From: Lama glama
Taxonomy: Eukaryota
Assembly (NCBI GenBank): GCA_028534125.1
Contig: CM052817.1
Span: 79,300,001-79,364,000 of the forward strand
DNA: 64,000 nt
Direction: 5' to 3'
In this document: positions 38,195 through 51,467 of the stretch, piece by piece
Numbering within the stretch: position 1 is the first letter of the stretch
How the letters are laid out: the number at the start of each line of letters is the position of its first letter
Made by a program: the position numbers and the translations under genes
Notes under the pieces: generated by a model
Seen by the model: only the letters and a program-made list of their open reading frames with translations
Told to the model about the DNA's origin: nothing
The model's database searches: none

Positions 38195-38574
38195 CTTGAT
38201 TCTTTGCTCTTTAAAGTAAACACGAGTCATTAATTTTTCTGAGCAGCATAAACTAATAAGATTGGAGTGCTGCATATTAGAACAATTGAACTTGAAAGAG
38301 GAGGATCCCTGAACGCAGGATGTGATCATTGATGCTCTAGCACCTTTTATGCAGGGTTGCCAGTGTTCTCTTAATGGTGTCCATGAATGCTTGCAGCTCC
38401 CTTACAGGACCAAGAGGCCTCAGGTAGTTTCCTACTTTAAAACATCTGTTTCGATATTTTCTTTATGAGTCCCAAGTTTGGAACTCCAACTTTACTTTAT
38501 CATAGAAATAAGTTGTAAGTAATGGTTACATTTCCCGGACAGCTCACAAATGCTTACTTATACTTGTTTCAGTG

Positions 38575-38820
38575 ACAGTATAGGGAAGCAGCTAAGAACA
38601 TGTACTCCAGGGCAGGGCCTGGAGTCAAATCCCACCTCTGCTGCTCTGTGACATTAGGGAAGCTACTTAACCTCTCTGAGCTTCAGTTTCTTCCCCTGTG
38701 AAATGAAGATACAATCACAGCACCTATTTCATGGGATTGCTGTAAAGATTCTAGATTAATTGCATGGAAAACTGTGCCTGGCACCTAACAGGTACTGTGT
38801 AAGAATTATCTACTATTAGT
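38575..38820 (+). mobile_element. MIR SINE
   Basis: ACTTAACCTCTCTGAGCTTCAGTTTCTTCCCCTGTGAAATGAAGATA core. Confidence 0.75.
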
Positions 38821-39901
38821 TCACTATTGTGAAGGATAAAACTAACAATGGAGGTCTGAAGTCTGGGTCCTAGGGCAAGGACCTGCCATTCTGACTTAGT
38901 TGCCCCTCTCAATAAAAGCATTTACTAAATGGTATAATTGTGTTCAGTAAACAGTATTTACTATATTGCACAACTGTTGACTTTCTTGTCTGTCTCCCCC
39001 ACTGGACTGTAAGCTCTACTGAAGGCAGGGATGGTGCCTTATTGGACATTGTCACACATGGAGTCATAAAACTGGAAACAGCGAGTGTTCAATAAATGGT
39101 AACTAGTAGTAGTAGCAGTGGCAGCTGCAGCAGCCAATACTGGGTAAATATTTATAGAATGAAAATCCAGGTGTGAGAAGGAAGAAAAGGACTTCCTCTG
39201 CTTTGGGCACAGTGCCAACTTCAAATGAAGTCTGGGAATGAGCCAGATTCCTCTTTGGCATCTCTTCTTACTCTTTCTCTCACATCTTTTCCTGCTTTAT
39301 GGTGCCTGTCGTCCCTGGCACTTCTGGACTCAGTGCCTTCAGATGGTTTTATTTCTCCCACAATGTTATCTCTCTTGCCGGCTCTACAGAAAACGTGCGC
39401 CCAGCTTTACAGTCACCCTTCTACCCCTGTAGTCAGCTGTTCCTTCAGGGCAGCCAGTCCCAGCTGGCTAGGAAAGGGAACATGTCTTCATGAATTCACA
39501 TTAATGTGTATGAATATCTCAGAGTTCTTAAGCCTCCGAGAGATTTGTGTTTTTCAAAAACTGCAGTGAATATCCACTTAGTGGGCTTATTAGCTGCGTA
39601 TTAAAGTGAAGCGAAAGGAAGATACTTTTTAGAGGGATGGGGAGGAGTGAGTGACCGCCAGGTAGCAAGCCATCCAAGGGGGGACTTCCTACAGGGTTTC
39701 TGACATTTATCTTCCTGGTCACTAAAGTTACTCTTCCCAAACGTTTTCAATTTGCACCCCCGCCCCCTCGTCAGCATCTCCCCACAGCACTGGGAAGAAA
39801 GACTCGCAGTTTGAGGAGAGAGTCGAAATGGGCAAAGAGGCAGAGCTAGAGACATTCTGTGGAGTCTCAATCTTGAGGAAAAAGGGACAGAAACTGATTA
39901 T

Positions 39902-40419
39902 TGTTGGAAGGCAACGCCCCATGAGTGTCTCACATTTCTATACATTTCTCAGGCAGAGGCAAAGGCTGCCTTTGTTCTGGAATATCTTTTCAAAGGTGTG
40001 TGTATGGTAAACAGCTTCGGAAGGCAGAGGGGTGTCCCTCTCTGGAGTAAAGAGCAGGTTTGTTGACTGTCCAGTAGAATAAAGTTAACGCTCCCACTGG
40101 GCAAAGGTCAGGCAGGCTAACTGATCATTACGAAAGATTCAGTTCCCGAGGAGTGGGGTTTCCTCTCAGGTAGTGCAAGGCACTGCATGTCCAGAGATCA
40201 TCTGGCCCTCTTCCTGTCACTTTGTGGGAGTGGGGACTCAGGGAACTGGCACAAATGCTGACACTCCAGCTACTGCTGTTGCCGTGAGTAATAATATCGC
40301 TGTCCTTTGTTTCTGGTCTGGGAGTTTTGTGCCTTCTGCCGTCATCCATGAGACTGTGACTGACTGACGTGTTGGTTTGCCAATAGTGTAACATCTCAGC
40401 CCCTTCATAGTTCTTGACA
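39902..40419 (+). mobile_element. LTR40a-like ERVL solo LTR
   Basis: TGTTGGAAGGCAA...CAGCTACTGCTGTTGCCGTGAGTAATAA...CATAGTTCTTGACA, resembling the recalled LTR40 consensus. Confidence 0.7.
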
Positions 40420-43400
40420 AAGGTTATATTTTACAGATGAAGAAATTCACAGCTCTCCCCAAAGCAGAAATCTTCAAGAGGATATTAGGTTCTGAAAGGG
40501 ACTATAATAACTTTCCACTGGGACTCAATACATTATTTATCAATTAATTTTTCTGTGCTTGCTAATAGCAGCTTTTCTTACGTGAAATCAGTACCCAGGG
40601 AAGTCAATACCCTCTACGTAGTAAGACACAGCTTCGTGTTGACAGTCTGAGGAGTGGCTGGGCACTGCTCCTCAGCCAACACTGCTCCTCCAGACTTCGA
40701 ATGCTGCTGTGTTCGGAGACGCGAGGAGAGATGAGGGTGAAGATTTGGCTCTCACTTCCTCCACTTCTGTCTGCACGTACATACAGAAATCAAGTCTGTC
40801 CTGCCTCTATTTTTGGCATGGGCAAGAACAACTGCCTCATCTCAACCCCTGTGATCCCTGCCCACCCCCTTCCAAAACCTATTTAAAGACATGTTCCTCA
40901 AAGTTATATTTGTCCTTCCTTGAGGGAGGGGAAAAAGTACTGGAAACTGGCAGAAATGTGTCTGTGTAAGTCACCTGTCAGAAAGGGAGTTTGAGAAAAT
41001 AGAGTTTTTCAATTTTTCCAGTCATAGTATTTTCACCATTAGTGAAATGAGCTAAAATTGTTTCTTATTTATATTATTTTCGTGTAGGGTGAATCCTTCA
41101 AACATATTAAAAATGGTGATTTAAAATACTCAAGTGTAATTCTCTCTCCTTTTCCTAATCGTATAGCTCTTCAGTGTCCAATTTGTTCTGTGCTATGTGT
41201 GCACCTTTTACACGTTGCAAATACAATCCTATTCTAAGTTTTGAATCGTTCAGTAATAGAATTAGGATAGAGTTGTTAGTCTCCATATTACCAGTTAATG
41301 TCCTTTGTTGTGTTTAAAAGCATAATTATCTTATTCACCAACAATGGATGAAGAGAGACTTGACCTTGTGACATCTAACCAGGTCTAACCAGGTATGGAT
41401 TTAGGGAAGGGAAAATGGGCCTTAGTTAAACATTCTGGGTATATAAAGGACAAGGTTTCCCACTGCTTTAAGCCATGACCTTCCTCCTCTCCCACACCAT
41501 TAACTCTCTCTGATCACCAAATGTAAGTCCTTTATCTTGAAACTCAACTTAGGCTAAAGCATTAAGAGAAAGCAAAAACAAAAAGAAGTAAACGAACTCA
41601 CAATTTTCTGCTTTTCCCTCCCTGTGTTCACTTGGAATAAATTATCTTGAAAGTGTATGAAATAGCTACATACATGGATGCTCAATGGTCTCATTTTAAT
41701 GCAAATTTTGATTAAAAATTAAAATTACAAGATATTCACACAGCAACATAAAATATACAGCTCAATTATTAATACTTTTGATATAATCAATATAATGTCT
41801 TTAAGCACTTTAGGGATAAAGTAAAGGGAGGAGATTATACTGTCTAGAAACTTATGAACCCTATGGATTTAAAACATAGCTTAAAGGACATCTAGTCTGA
41901 TCACCTTATCATACTTCAGTCCCTCTGCACTGTCCCGGCTAAATGTTCATCCATATACGTTGATAGCTTTATCATGTCAACAGTTTTTAAAAATGATCCA
42001 CCTGTCTGCATAGATTCTTTTTAGTGCAATAAATCCTTTTTTCGGAGACGTTTAGATGCAGGGGAAGAAATTGTGTAGCTTGTATCTTAATCAATGAGTC
42101 AAGTCTGTGAGTAAGTGCCCATATAAGGAAGGTTGTTGTATCTCTTAGCGATGGAACATGTGTCCCAAGGGGGAAGTTAAGTGATATCTGTGAAGGTTCC
42201 TGGGAAGCACTGATGTCCAACACCAGCACTACAAGGACTGACTGGAGAAGTCCAACCCAACCTGTACAAATTAAATCAGGACAGTTAAGTCTCCATTGAA
42301 AGTTTGGGCTTTTAAATTTTGAGCCTTGGGTACAACCCAGTCAGAACTTCTTATGATTGTGAGTTGGAGATGGGGGTGAAGAGCAATTAATAAAGATCTA
42401 TGTTATTGTAAACCAGAAAGAAGACAGATTACAGACTTTTGTATACAGTAGATTTAGGTGTGACTACAAAACAGGAGAATGGTCTGAAATATAATTTGAA
42501 ATTGGAAGCTTTGACTCTTGGCTTAAATTTGGTTTATCCTGGAAAGGGAGCTTTGTCCAAGGGACTTTGTTGGCACCCTGTGAAGGCAGAGCCCAGGCAC
42601 CATAATAGAAGGAGCTGGTATCTGTATCAAACAAATAATTCCTGCACATGAAATATCCCTCTTAGAAGTTAGACATTAGTCTTGGCTTCTGAACCACAAA
42701 GAGGAATCATTTCTTTAGGATGTTTTGTTTGTTTTATGAGGACATTTTTCTCTACTCAGCTAGCAGTAACTGTTTGGCTAGCAGCTTGAAATTCTGAAAT
42801 CCCAAGTGAGCGAGAGGCTCACACATCCAAAGAAGATGGCAGCCTCCCAAACCTGCCATAATGGCTTTATTTTTCATGTAAAGTCAGCTTAGCGAATCAC
42901 AGGTGGATTTTTACCAAAAATGCACTGAAAGGCTATGCCACCAATAATACCTTATTTAAAAATAATCAGCTCATCCTTGGCTGGAAATAATATGTGTACT
43001 TCAGCCAAATCCATTAGAACCTCAACAAAGACACTTTTGGAGATAATTTGGCAAAAGCTCAATATCCACAAATGAATTGATTTCAGGAGGAATAATAAGC
43101 TCATAATAATGAGAGTGTATTAAGGATTTATGTATTAGTACCGTTAAGGGAACAAAATGGAATAGTTTAATTAGAATGACTTTTTTTGTGAAAATGTATA
43201 AGAAGATCTTATTCTTGAGTTGAGATCTGTTTCAAAACTACTTTTATATAAATGCAAAATACAAAATTGAGTACAAAATCAGCAGTACCCAAGGAAATTA
43301 AAAATCCCAAGATACCGATATGGCCATGAATTAAATGATCTTATATATAGAAAATATGAGACTGGTGTATCATACAGCACAGTCATGATCAGAGTCCACA

Positions 43401-44292
43401 TACTTTGTGTCCCAGAATCTCCCATCAGCAGCAGCAGCACTACCCTTTTCTTCTATCCCTTTCTGTTTAATGTGGAGTAAGCAACTATAGGCTGGTGAGC
43501 CTAAATTAAACCCACAAGCAAAGAACAGTGAGATGTCTACCACTCAAAACCCTTCTAAGTCTCCTCATTTCCTCCAGATAATATCTTTTACTTAACATGC
43601 AAGACCTTTGGTGATCTGGCCCTTGACTATCTTCTCAGCCTTATCTCCTGCTACCTTCCATTTGAGACTTTGTATATGTGTTCCCTTTGACTAGAATACA
43701 TTCATTCAAAAAAATGTTTCGAGCACCAATTATATGCCCCTCCCTAAGTATCTGCCTAACAAACTCCTCATCCTTTAAAACTCAAAAAATCTCCTTATTC
43801 TTGAAGTTTCCTTCCTCAAGGCAAGTTGATAACTATACTTTTACCCTTTTAAATAATTCCACCACTGTGTCCTTATATATAACCCTGGTGCAGACTTGCA
43901 CACAACTCTGGTGGAACGTAAAGCAACCTTTTTTTGAGGGAATAAAAAGTGAAAAACTACACAAGTGAATATATTCCAATTGTTAGAAGTTTAAGCAAAT
44001 GAGTTATTCAAAGTAAGAACTAATAACCTTTTTCACCTTCCACCACCTTCAACCTTACTCTCCTTTTCAGAAATAACTGCAATTAAGAGTTAGGGGCATA
44101 TTGTTTCACGCTTTTTTCTATATGCTTGTGTACCTGATAGGCAGTTTAATGTATTTAAAAACACAGACTTTGGAGCCAGGCTGTTTGGGAGAAAATTCAA
44201 GCTTTACTCCTTAACATTTTGGGGGCCTTTGGAAAATTACTTAGACTCTCTGTGTCTCAGGTTCCTTATCCTTGTCACCACAAGAATAACAA

Positions 44293-44339
44293 TAGTAGTA
44301 GTAGTAGTAGTAATAATAATAATAATAATTAATAATAAT
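44293..44339. repeat. Compound (TAG)n(TAA)n microsatellite within a MIR
   Basis: TAGTAGTAG...TAATAATAA. Confidence 0.9.
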
Positions 44340-45169
44340 GCATAGCTGACTGAGTTAATACATAAAACACATAGAACAGTGTGCTGCACATAGTAAGTTC
44401 TTTAAAGTAGTCATTCGGAAAAAGAATATATAAATATCACTTTGCTGTACACCTGAATATTGTAAATCAACTATACTTCAATAAAAGTGTTTGCTCTATA
44501 TGTCATACAAGTATAGCTTTTTATGTTGCTTTAAAAAATGTATAAAGGAAATTATACTATACTTTCTGTTCTGCAAATTTTAATTTTGCTCAGCGATCTA
44601 TCTATCTTATTTCGTAATATGAATTAACTGTATGTGATTTGGCCATTCATTATTTAATTTGTTTCTAAGTTGATTGCCACATGAGAGTATTTTGCAGGAA
44701 AATTCCTAAAACTTTTGAGTCAAAGTGTATATTCACTTCTCATTTACTTAGGTACTAAGGAATTACCCTTAAGGAGTCTGGAATCAATTAAATTCCCATC
44801 TGCAGTCCTGACCAGCAGGGGTCCAGAGTGAGTCTAGTACACTTTGAGTAAGACACATCTCCTGGGTCACACACCCTCATCAACCTCTGATATGGGGCTT
44901 CTCTGGCTCCTTATGTCTAACTGCTGAGGTCAGGAAGGAACACTGAAAGTCCTGAATATCTTCTTTCCCTGCCTCCTAACAGACACAGCCTTCCCATGAC
45001 CCCACTGTCTGCCTTGAGTCTACCAGGACTATCTTCACTACGCCCTTTGTCTACATGTTTACGTCACTCACCACAAGAAACTCCATGTTCCAGGTGACCC
45101 CTCCTCTCCCATCAGCACAGCGCATTTCTTCTTCTCACCCCATCTCCCACACACCCTTCACCAAATTCT

Positions 45170-45970
45170 TGAATCCCTTTCACTGTTCCTTCTGGAATTC
45201 AAGATCCATCCTCAGAAAAATCTGCTAATCTTCAACTTCTTTTCTGAAAGTTTCCTTCAGCTTCTGGCTTTACAGAAAACCTGGCTATCTTCTGAGGATG
45301 CTTTTTGCCCTGCAGTCTTTGAAAGTGGGGGCTATTTACCACACCCTTTGTATTTATAGACCTGCAATCAGGGTAGATTTCTCTGCAGCTTGACTCTGAT
45401 GTCATCAAAAGATCTTACTGATTAACTTCATTGGTGGGACCATCTACCTATGCCTGAGCCACTCCCAATTTCTCTATGATTTTAGCTCCTGACTCACTGT
45501 CACTCTCCCCAGCACTTTCCCTGTATTAATTTTTGAAGATTCAGTATATAGAGAGATGATATTTCCAACACTCTGACCTCTCAGTTTCTTGAATTCCTTT
45601 CTCTGTCTTGCCCGACACCCTATCTCAGCCATCACTCCATGTTGTGACCCGAGAATTTGTCATAACCAGTCCATAAAATCCCTCCATAATCTCCATTTCA
45701 TGCCTTACCCCAATGGTTGCCATTCATTCCCTCTAGTAGCACAACCCTAGCAATACTTCAGTCTTTCCAGAATCTTGAATTCATTGATCCTACCCCTTTC
45801 CCTCTGTTCCCCGTGCCCCCTTACTTAACTTAAACTCCATGACTGTCATTATTACCACTCCCTGCATAATACCTCCAACTCCCTTGCCCCCTCTTCCTTC
45901 CTCATATTCACTTGGCAAAACGAATCTGCTGCACCATCCCTCTACTTGTACTTGTACAGCTGAGTGAGCT
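45170..45970 (+). mobile_element. L2 ORF2 endonuclease-region remnant
   Basis: Frameshifted EEP-like pieces (FWNSRSI; LLAL; TW LSSED) typical of L2/CR1 endonuclease. Confidence 0.55.
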
Positions 45971-47819
45971 GACTTCATTTAATCATATGAAATCAAGGCT
46001 GAGAATAACAGTGGGCTCTTATGCTCTCTGACCATCACAACATGGAAAGCAGTGGGGGATGGAGGCACGAAGAAATAAGTGAAGAGTCGTGTCCTCTTTG
46101 GGGAAAGGGTAACCATATAGATTAACTCTAAATGGTGATGAAAAACAGACGTTTAAATGTATGTTATTTATGAGCAACCACAATGGTTTTTACAAATCGC
46201 TCTCCCTTCAGGATGTTACTTTACTCTTAAAGATGAGGACTCTGTTTCTTCATTCTTGAGTTCTAGCAACCTAACCCTCAATAAATGCTTGGGAAATTAT
46301 TTTTGACCAGAATATTCCTTTGTTATAGGCAGTGAAGTAAATCGACAAAATGATGGTGGGGGTGGGAATGATGGTGATGATGTGAGTGTAGACACTTCTT
46401 AAATGTATCTTATCTAAACATCATCCTCTCAGAACTTTGATAGTCCTTAATGTCCTTTTTAAGCAATAACTGGTTGTATGTATGAGGCTAGACTTCAAAT
46501 TTTAATTCTGAGAATATTGTGAATTCTCCAGTGCAGAAGGCCTAGCTTCTTGGTGAATCTCTGCAGCCCATGGCCCAAATCCATTTTGTTTCTTTCACTC
46601 TTGTGACTCTCTTTTATTACACTTTTATTTGTTGGCCCATATTAAGGTATAAAACTACTTTGTGTGCAAGGGATCAAATTGAATAAGAGAATGATAATCT
46701 TAGTAATAATCCTTTCACTTAAAGCCTTTCTTTATTAATAATCTGATGTTTTACCTCCTATTAAAATTTTTGGATTAACAACAAAGGTCACCAGCTATCA
46801 GGAGGGATAACCAATAAAAAGAAGTAGAAGTAAATAGTCCGCGCACTGACTCCTTTAAATGGCATAGCCTGAGTTATTTCTGAGTTTTTGTCATGTATCT
46901 TTGTTGGTGATAGAATGATCTTTCAAACATCCTGATATTGACCTGTGATAGATGGTCTCAGTCTTAGAATTAAGTAAGTACGTAATTATAATCTAGAATC
47001 TTATATTTTTTTAAAAAGCCACATAGATTTTTGCATGTGACACAAGTCAAGATTGAAATTTAGCAATGATCATGTATCAATTCATTCAGCACTTATATAA
47101 TTTATCTAGAATGCATTTGTCTTCAAACTTTCCTGAATTAGCAAGAATTCTAATTTTTTTAGTAACTCACTGAAATATGGAAAATGGTGCAGAAAATAAA
47201 TGCTAAGCCTTTTGTTTGTTCCATTGTTAAATGATATAGGCTTTGATTATCTCTAATCACATTACTCTCTAAAGAAAGAAATCAGAAAGAAATTATCAAG
47301 GCATACTTTTTTTCCCTGTAAAATCTTAGTATTTTACTTCTTATTTCCACATCAGAAATCAAGGTTAGTAATTATTCTGTATGAAAATGTAAAATATATA
47401 ATACAACATTATACAAATCCATTTAATTCCATTATTTGTCTCCTTTAAATCATAAATCCTCTCTTATCAGAGCTCAATTACTTGATTAATTATTAATTAA
47501 TCATATTATGTGCATATATGATTATTATATGAACATGGATAGCCACAGTAGAATAACTTATAATGAAAAAATTAGAAACAATAAGATCTTGGTAAAGTAA
47601 CTATGGTGATCTCATGCAATAGAATATTGTGCTGGCACAAAAGTCACATTGTAGAAGAATATTAACATGGGAAAAAGTTCACGATACACATTAAGTAAAA
47701 ATTGTGGGCCATTGAACTTTATATCTAACTATATAAACTTTTTCCCCGTACAAACTGACAAAACAGAGTCTAAGAACTTTCACCTATTTCTAGGGGCAGG
47801 AGAAGAGTGTGGAAAAGGT

Positions 47820-48258
47820 TGTGAAAATTAATAAAGGGAAACCTCATTTAAAATGGAGTTAAGAAACCCTAAAGGGAGAACCCTCAGGCACGGACCTTCT
47901 GTCCCAGCTTACTGCCCATCCCTGAGCAGGAAGAAGCTGACCTTACTACCCTAGCAGGAAGAAGGAAGATTTTTTTCCTTGCCTAGCAACAGCCCAGACA
48001 ATGAGAACTGCAATAACGCAACCAATGACAAACCATTACCACTCTAAACTCCCACTTTCCTCCAATGAACTTGCATTTCAGAGCAGCCCCTCCCAACTCC
48101 CCCTTTTTCTCTAAAAAATAACATTCCTCTCCTTTGTTCTCTGAACTTGCCTATGTTTTGCCATAGTTTGCATGTCCTGAATTGTAATTCCTCTACCATT
48201 CCCAAATAAACTCATTTTGCTAGTAAAATAACTTGTTATTTTATTTTTGAAGTTGACA
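47820..48258 (+). mobile_element. ERV1-class solo LTR inserted in an old L1ME-like fragment
   Basis: TG...CA termini, perfect 4-bp TSD AGGT (47816-47819, 48259-48262), AATAAA at 48205. Confidence 0.85.
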
Positions 48259-50276
48259 AGGTGTTTAGAATTTGTGATGACTTTTAAATTTTCCTTTAGC
48301 TTTTCTGTGTTTTCCAAATTTTCTGCACTGACCATGTGTTATTTCTAAGTAGAAAAAAATTTTTAAACCAAATTGCTCAGATTAAAGTCAGTTTTTGTTT
48401 AATTTCATTATCCAAATCAATATTTATAGAACACCAACCTAGTGCAAGACATTGTAGGAAGATATTTTTAAAAGACAATTTTTCCTGAAGTCAAGGAGTT
48501 TCCAGACATATTTCAGAAGTATTCGATGTAAAAATATAAAATGTTAAAAAAATCAATAATGTTTAAATAACAAGTCAAGCCAGGAACACAAAGAAGATAA
48601 GCACATTTGATTAATTATATTGACAGTTTCTGCTATGGGGAGAATCACTTTTCTGCTTAACATGCCTGCGTTTCATTGATATAGTATAACAAATCCATGC
48701 TTTTCTCATCCCTATTTGTACATAAATTTGTACTTAAGCCTAGTCATGTTTCATTGATGACCTCATCATTTGTGGATAATCCTGTCCTTGAGTTCAATTT
48801 CAGTGGCATGTAGCAAAGCACAGTTCTGGAACCTCCTAGTTCTTTGACTACAGCTGTTTAGTAACATGTAAGAACTTTACAACATAGTTGTCATTTCAGT
48901 CTTTATCCTTTGTCAGAGATTTCAACTTAGGGATAGCATGTAAAACTTTCTTCCTTCCCCTTTTGCTGATGTAGATTAAAAGATGGGGGAGGAAAAAAAA
49001 GTCATGTGTTTTTGCTCTGGAGCTCTTGACATATTTTCCCAGCCAAAGAAGGGAGGGTACAGTAAATTAATCTGTCATTTAGTCAATGGCTATTTCTTGA
49101 GACGTATGTAGAAATGCACTAATACCAAAACACGATGGTGCACGTCAGTCAGTGAAGTGGTAAAATAAAGAGGGTTGAACTGAGGGAAACTAAATATATT
49201 TCAAATAAGACCTAACTTGGTTGCTTTTCTCCCTCAGTATTTGACCATGTTTGCTAATTCTTCTAATGGGGAAGATTGGGAATGAATTATTGTCATTTAG
49301 AGAAGCTAATTACACTGGAAAGAAATATATTATTTAGCACTGAAAGAAAATTAGTATTCTTACCTATAATAATGGAAGATGTTGGTTTATATTTCCCTAA
49401 ATGTTACCTATGGGGTAGGTAAGACAAGTAATGATTGAATCACATCCTTCTGTTACACTGTATAGATTTTCACAGATTTCCTTACAGAGTGATTTTCAAA
49501 ACCTTGTATGAGAATGTGTATTTCCCCCCAGAGGAGATTTAAACATAGGATAAATTTAAAAAGTGATACAATAAAAGTGATAACAGGGTCTTAATGACAC
49601 TTCATGCCTGGTGAGCGAGAAAGATGCAGGGATAAGTATTTCCCCACAGCACTTGTGAATGTATTTATCTAATGAAAATTTATATTTTCTTCCTTATCAT
49701 AGATTTCTCCCTCCTTCCTTCCCTTCCACCCTCCTTTCCTTCCATCCTATTTTCTTCCAATAATTTGTATACACGTGTTTGAAATTAGATTTCCATAGGT
49801 ACTGCTGAGGAGCGTTTGTGTCTTTTCTCACTGATTTCATGAATACAAAAGCTTATAAATCCTTTTGTCTGGAAACAAAGCAAAAATAGTAAGCCCAAAG
49901 AGAAACAACAGTAGCCTCCTGAAAGAGAGAAGCCTATTGAAAGAGAACTTTTCAATGGCTCTTTTAAAACCTAAAAATAATTTATTTGAAATAAAAAAAA
50001 AGCATAACCAAATGAGTGCTTTTTTCAAGTGAAGTATTTTTTTATGTAAAAAGAAAATTAAGTCACTGTTTTCCCGGAATGTTGTTTCTCTGAAATAGAA
50101 ATCTTTTTAAGAGAATGACTTCTTAACACTACACTCACTCTTACATTAGTATAAGCCTGTTAAAACACACAAATTTTTCATTTAGGTGAATACATTATCA
50201 TTTTCATGAGATAATATTCATTAAGTACTTTTCTATACCTGAAGCTAGAAATTCTGCTTATAAAACTACTGATGGA

Positions 50277-50555
50277 GAATACAGACTTGTGGTTACCGGG
50301 GGGGGGGGGTAGAGGGTGGGAAGGGATAGACTGGGATTTCAAAATTGTAGAATAGATAAACAAGATTACACTGTAAGCACAGGGAAATATACACAAAATG
50401 TTATGATAAATCACAGAGAAAAAAAATGTGACAATGAGTGTGTATATGTCCATGAATGACTGAAAAATTGTGCTGAACACTGGAATTTGACACAACACTG
50501 TAAAATGATTATGAATCAATAAAAAATGTAAAAAAAAAACAAAAACAAAAAACAA
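50277..50555 (+). mobile_element. Young 5'-truncated L1 (3'UTR, camelid-type)
   Basis: G-rich L1 3'UTR tract, AATAAA, A-rich tail, perfect 15-bp TSD AAAACTACTGATGGA at 50262-50276 and 50556-50570. Confidence 0.9.
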
Positions 50556-50727
50556 AAAACTACTGATGGAACAGAGCTAAACATTCTCCTGAGTAAGTGA
50601 TTTCCCCTCCCCTCTCTGGAAGTCACTGTTTACATTATTTACTTGATATGAGGTAAATTTAAGATTTTTAAAAAATGAAATAGCATTTGCTTTTTCTCTG
50701 CTGCTTTTGACCAAGCTGAATATTCTT

Positions 50728-51467
50728 TTGTCTCTTTTGAGTTAAAGTTGATGTATTCGGAAAGATACATAATCCATGGACAGAGTGCAGGCAATCTCAC
50801 TCAGAAGGGAGAGTGGCCACGAGGTGTGGGAGTTAATTTTTATGAGCTCTGTCTGTAACTTCGTATGCTAACACGTGGGAGGATTATTCCAACTACTTTG
50901 GGGAAGGGACGGGAATTCCCAGGAATTTAGCCACTGCCCACTTTTTGGCCTTGTACAGTTAGTCTCAGAACTGTCATGGTGCCGGTGGGAGTGCCATTCA
51001 CCATGCTAATATATTACAATGAGCACATAATGAAGCTCAAAGTCTACTGGAAGTCAAATCTCCCACTATCTTGGGCCTCAAGGTCTGTTGGGAGTTGAAT
51101 TTTCTGCCACTTTGGTGTTAATTGCTGTGTCATTACTGGAATGGCTGTGCCCTGCCCCCTTCCTTCCTATCTCATTCCCCTCTCAGAGATTTTACTCCCA
51201 TAATCTTGTTGGGGTGCAGAAGGGTGGAAGTCTGTCTTCCGTAGCTACTTCAGGGCTGAGTAGGGGCGTTGATCCTGCCTGTCAGGGAGTAAAAATCTCT
51301 GAATGCCTAATCTGGGGGCCCCAGGGACAGTACACCTTCTTGTTTTTGACTCAGAGGGTGGTATGGGCTGGAATCCTCGCATAACCATCATTATGATGTG
51401 AAATTGTTGTAACCACTCCTATAACGTTCCTATGAACCTTCTTAAAGATGAAGCATCTTTGTGACAA
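50728..51467 (-). mobile_element. MER41-like ERV1 3' fragment (env tail, PPT, U3-R, A-tail), processed-copy structure
   Basis: Minus strand reads env-like EWLQQFHIIMMVMRGFQPIP (51418-51359), PPT GAGAGGGGAA (51184-51175), LTR start TGAGATAGG at 51174, MER41-like CACTCCCACCGGCACCATGACAG, AATACA at 50757-50752; 15-bp TSD. Confidence 0.8.

Noticed and set aside
16476..41391. Isolated 10-12 bp tandem duplications (ACTTATCCAAAC at ~16476, TCTAACCAGG at ~41374)
   Set aside because: Ordinary slippage duplications with no motif of note.
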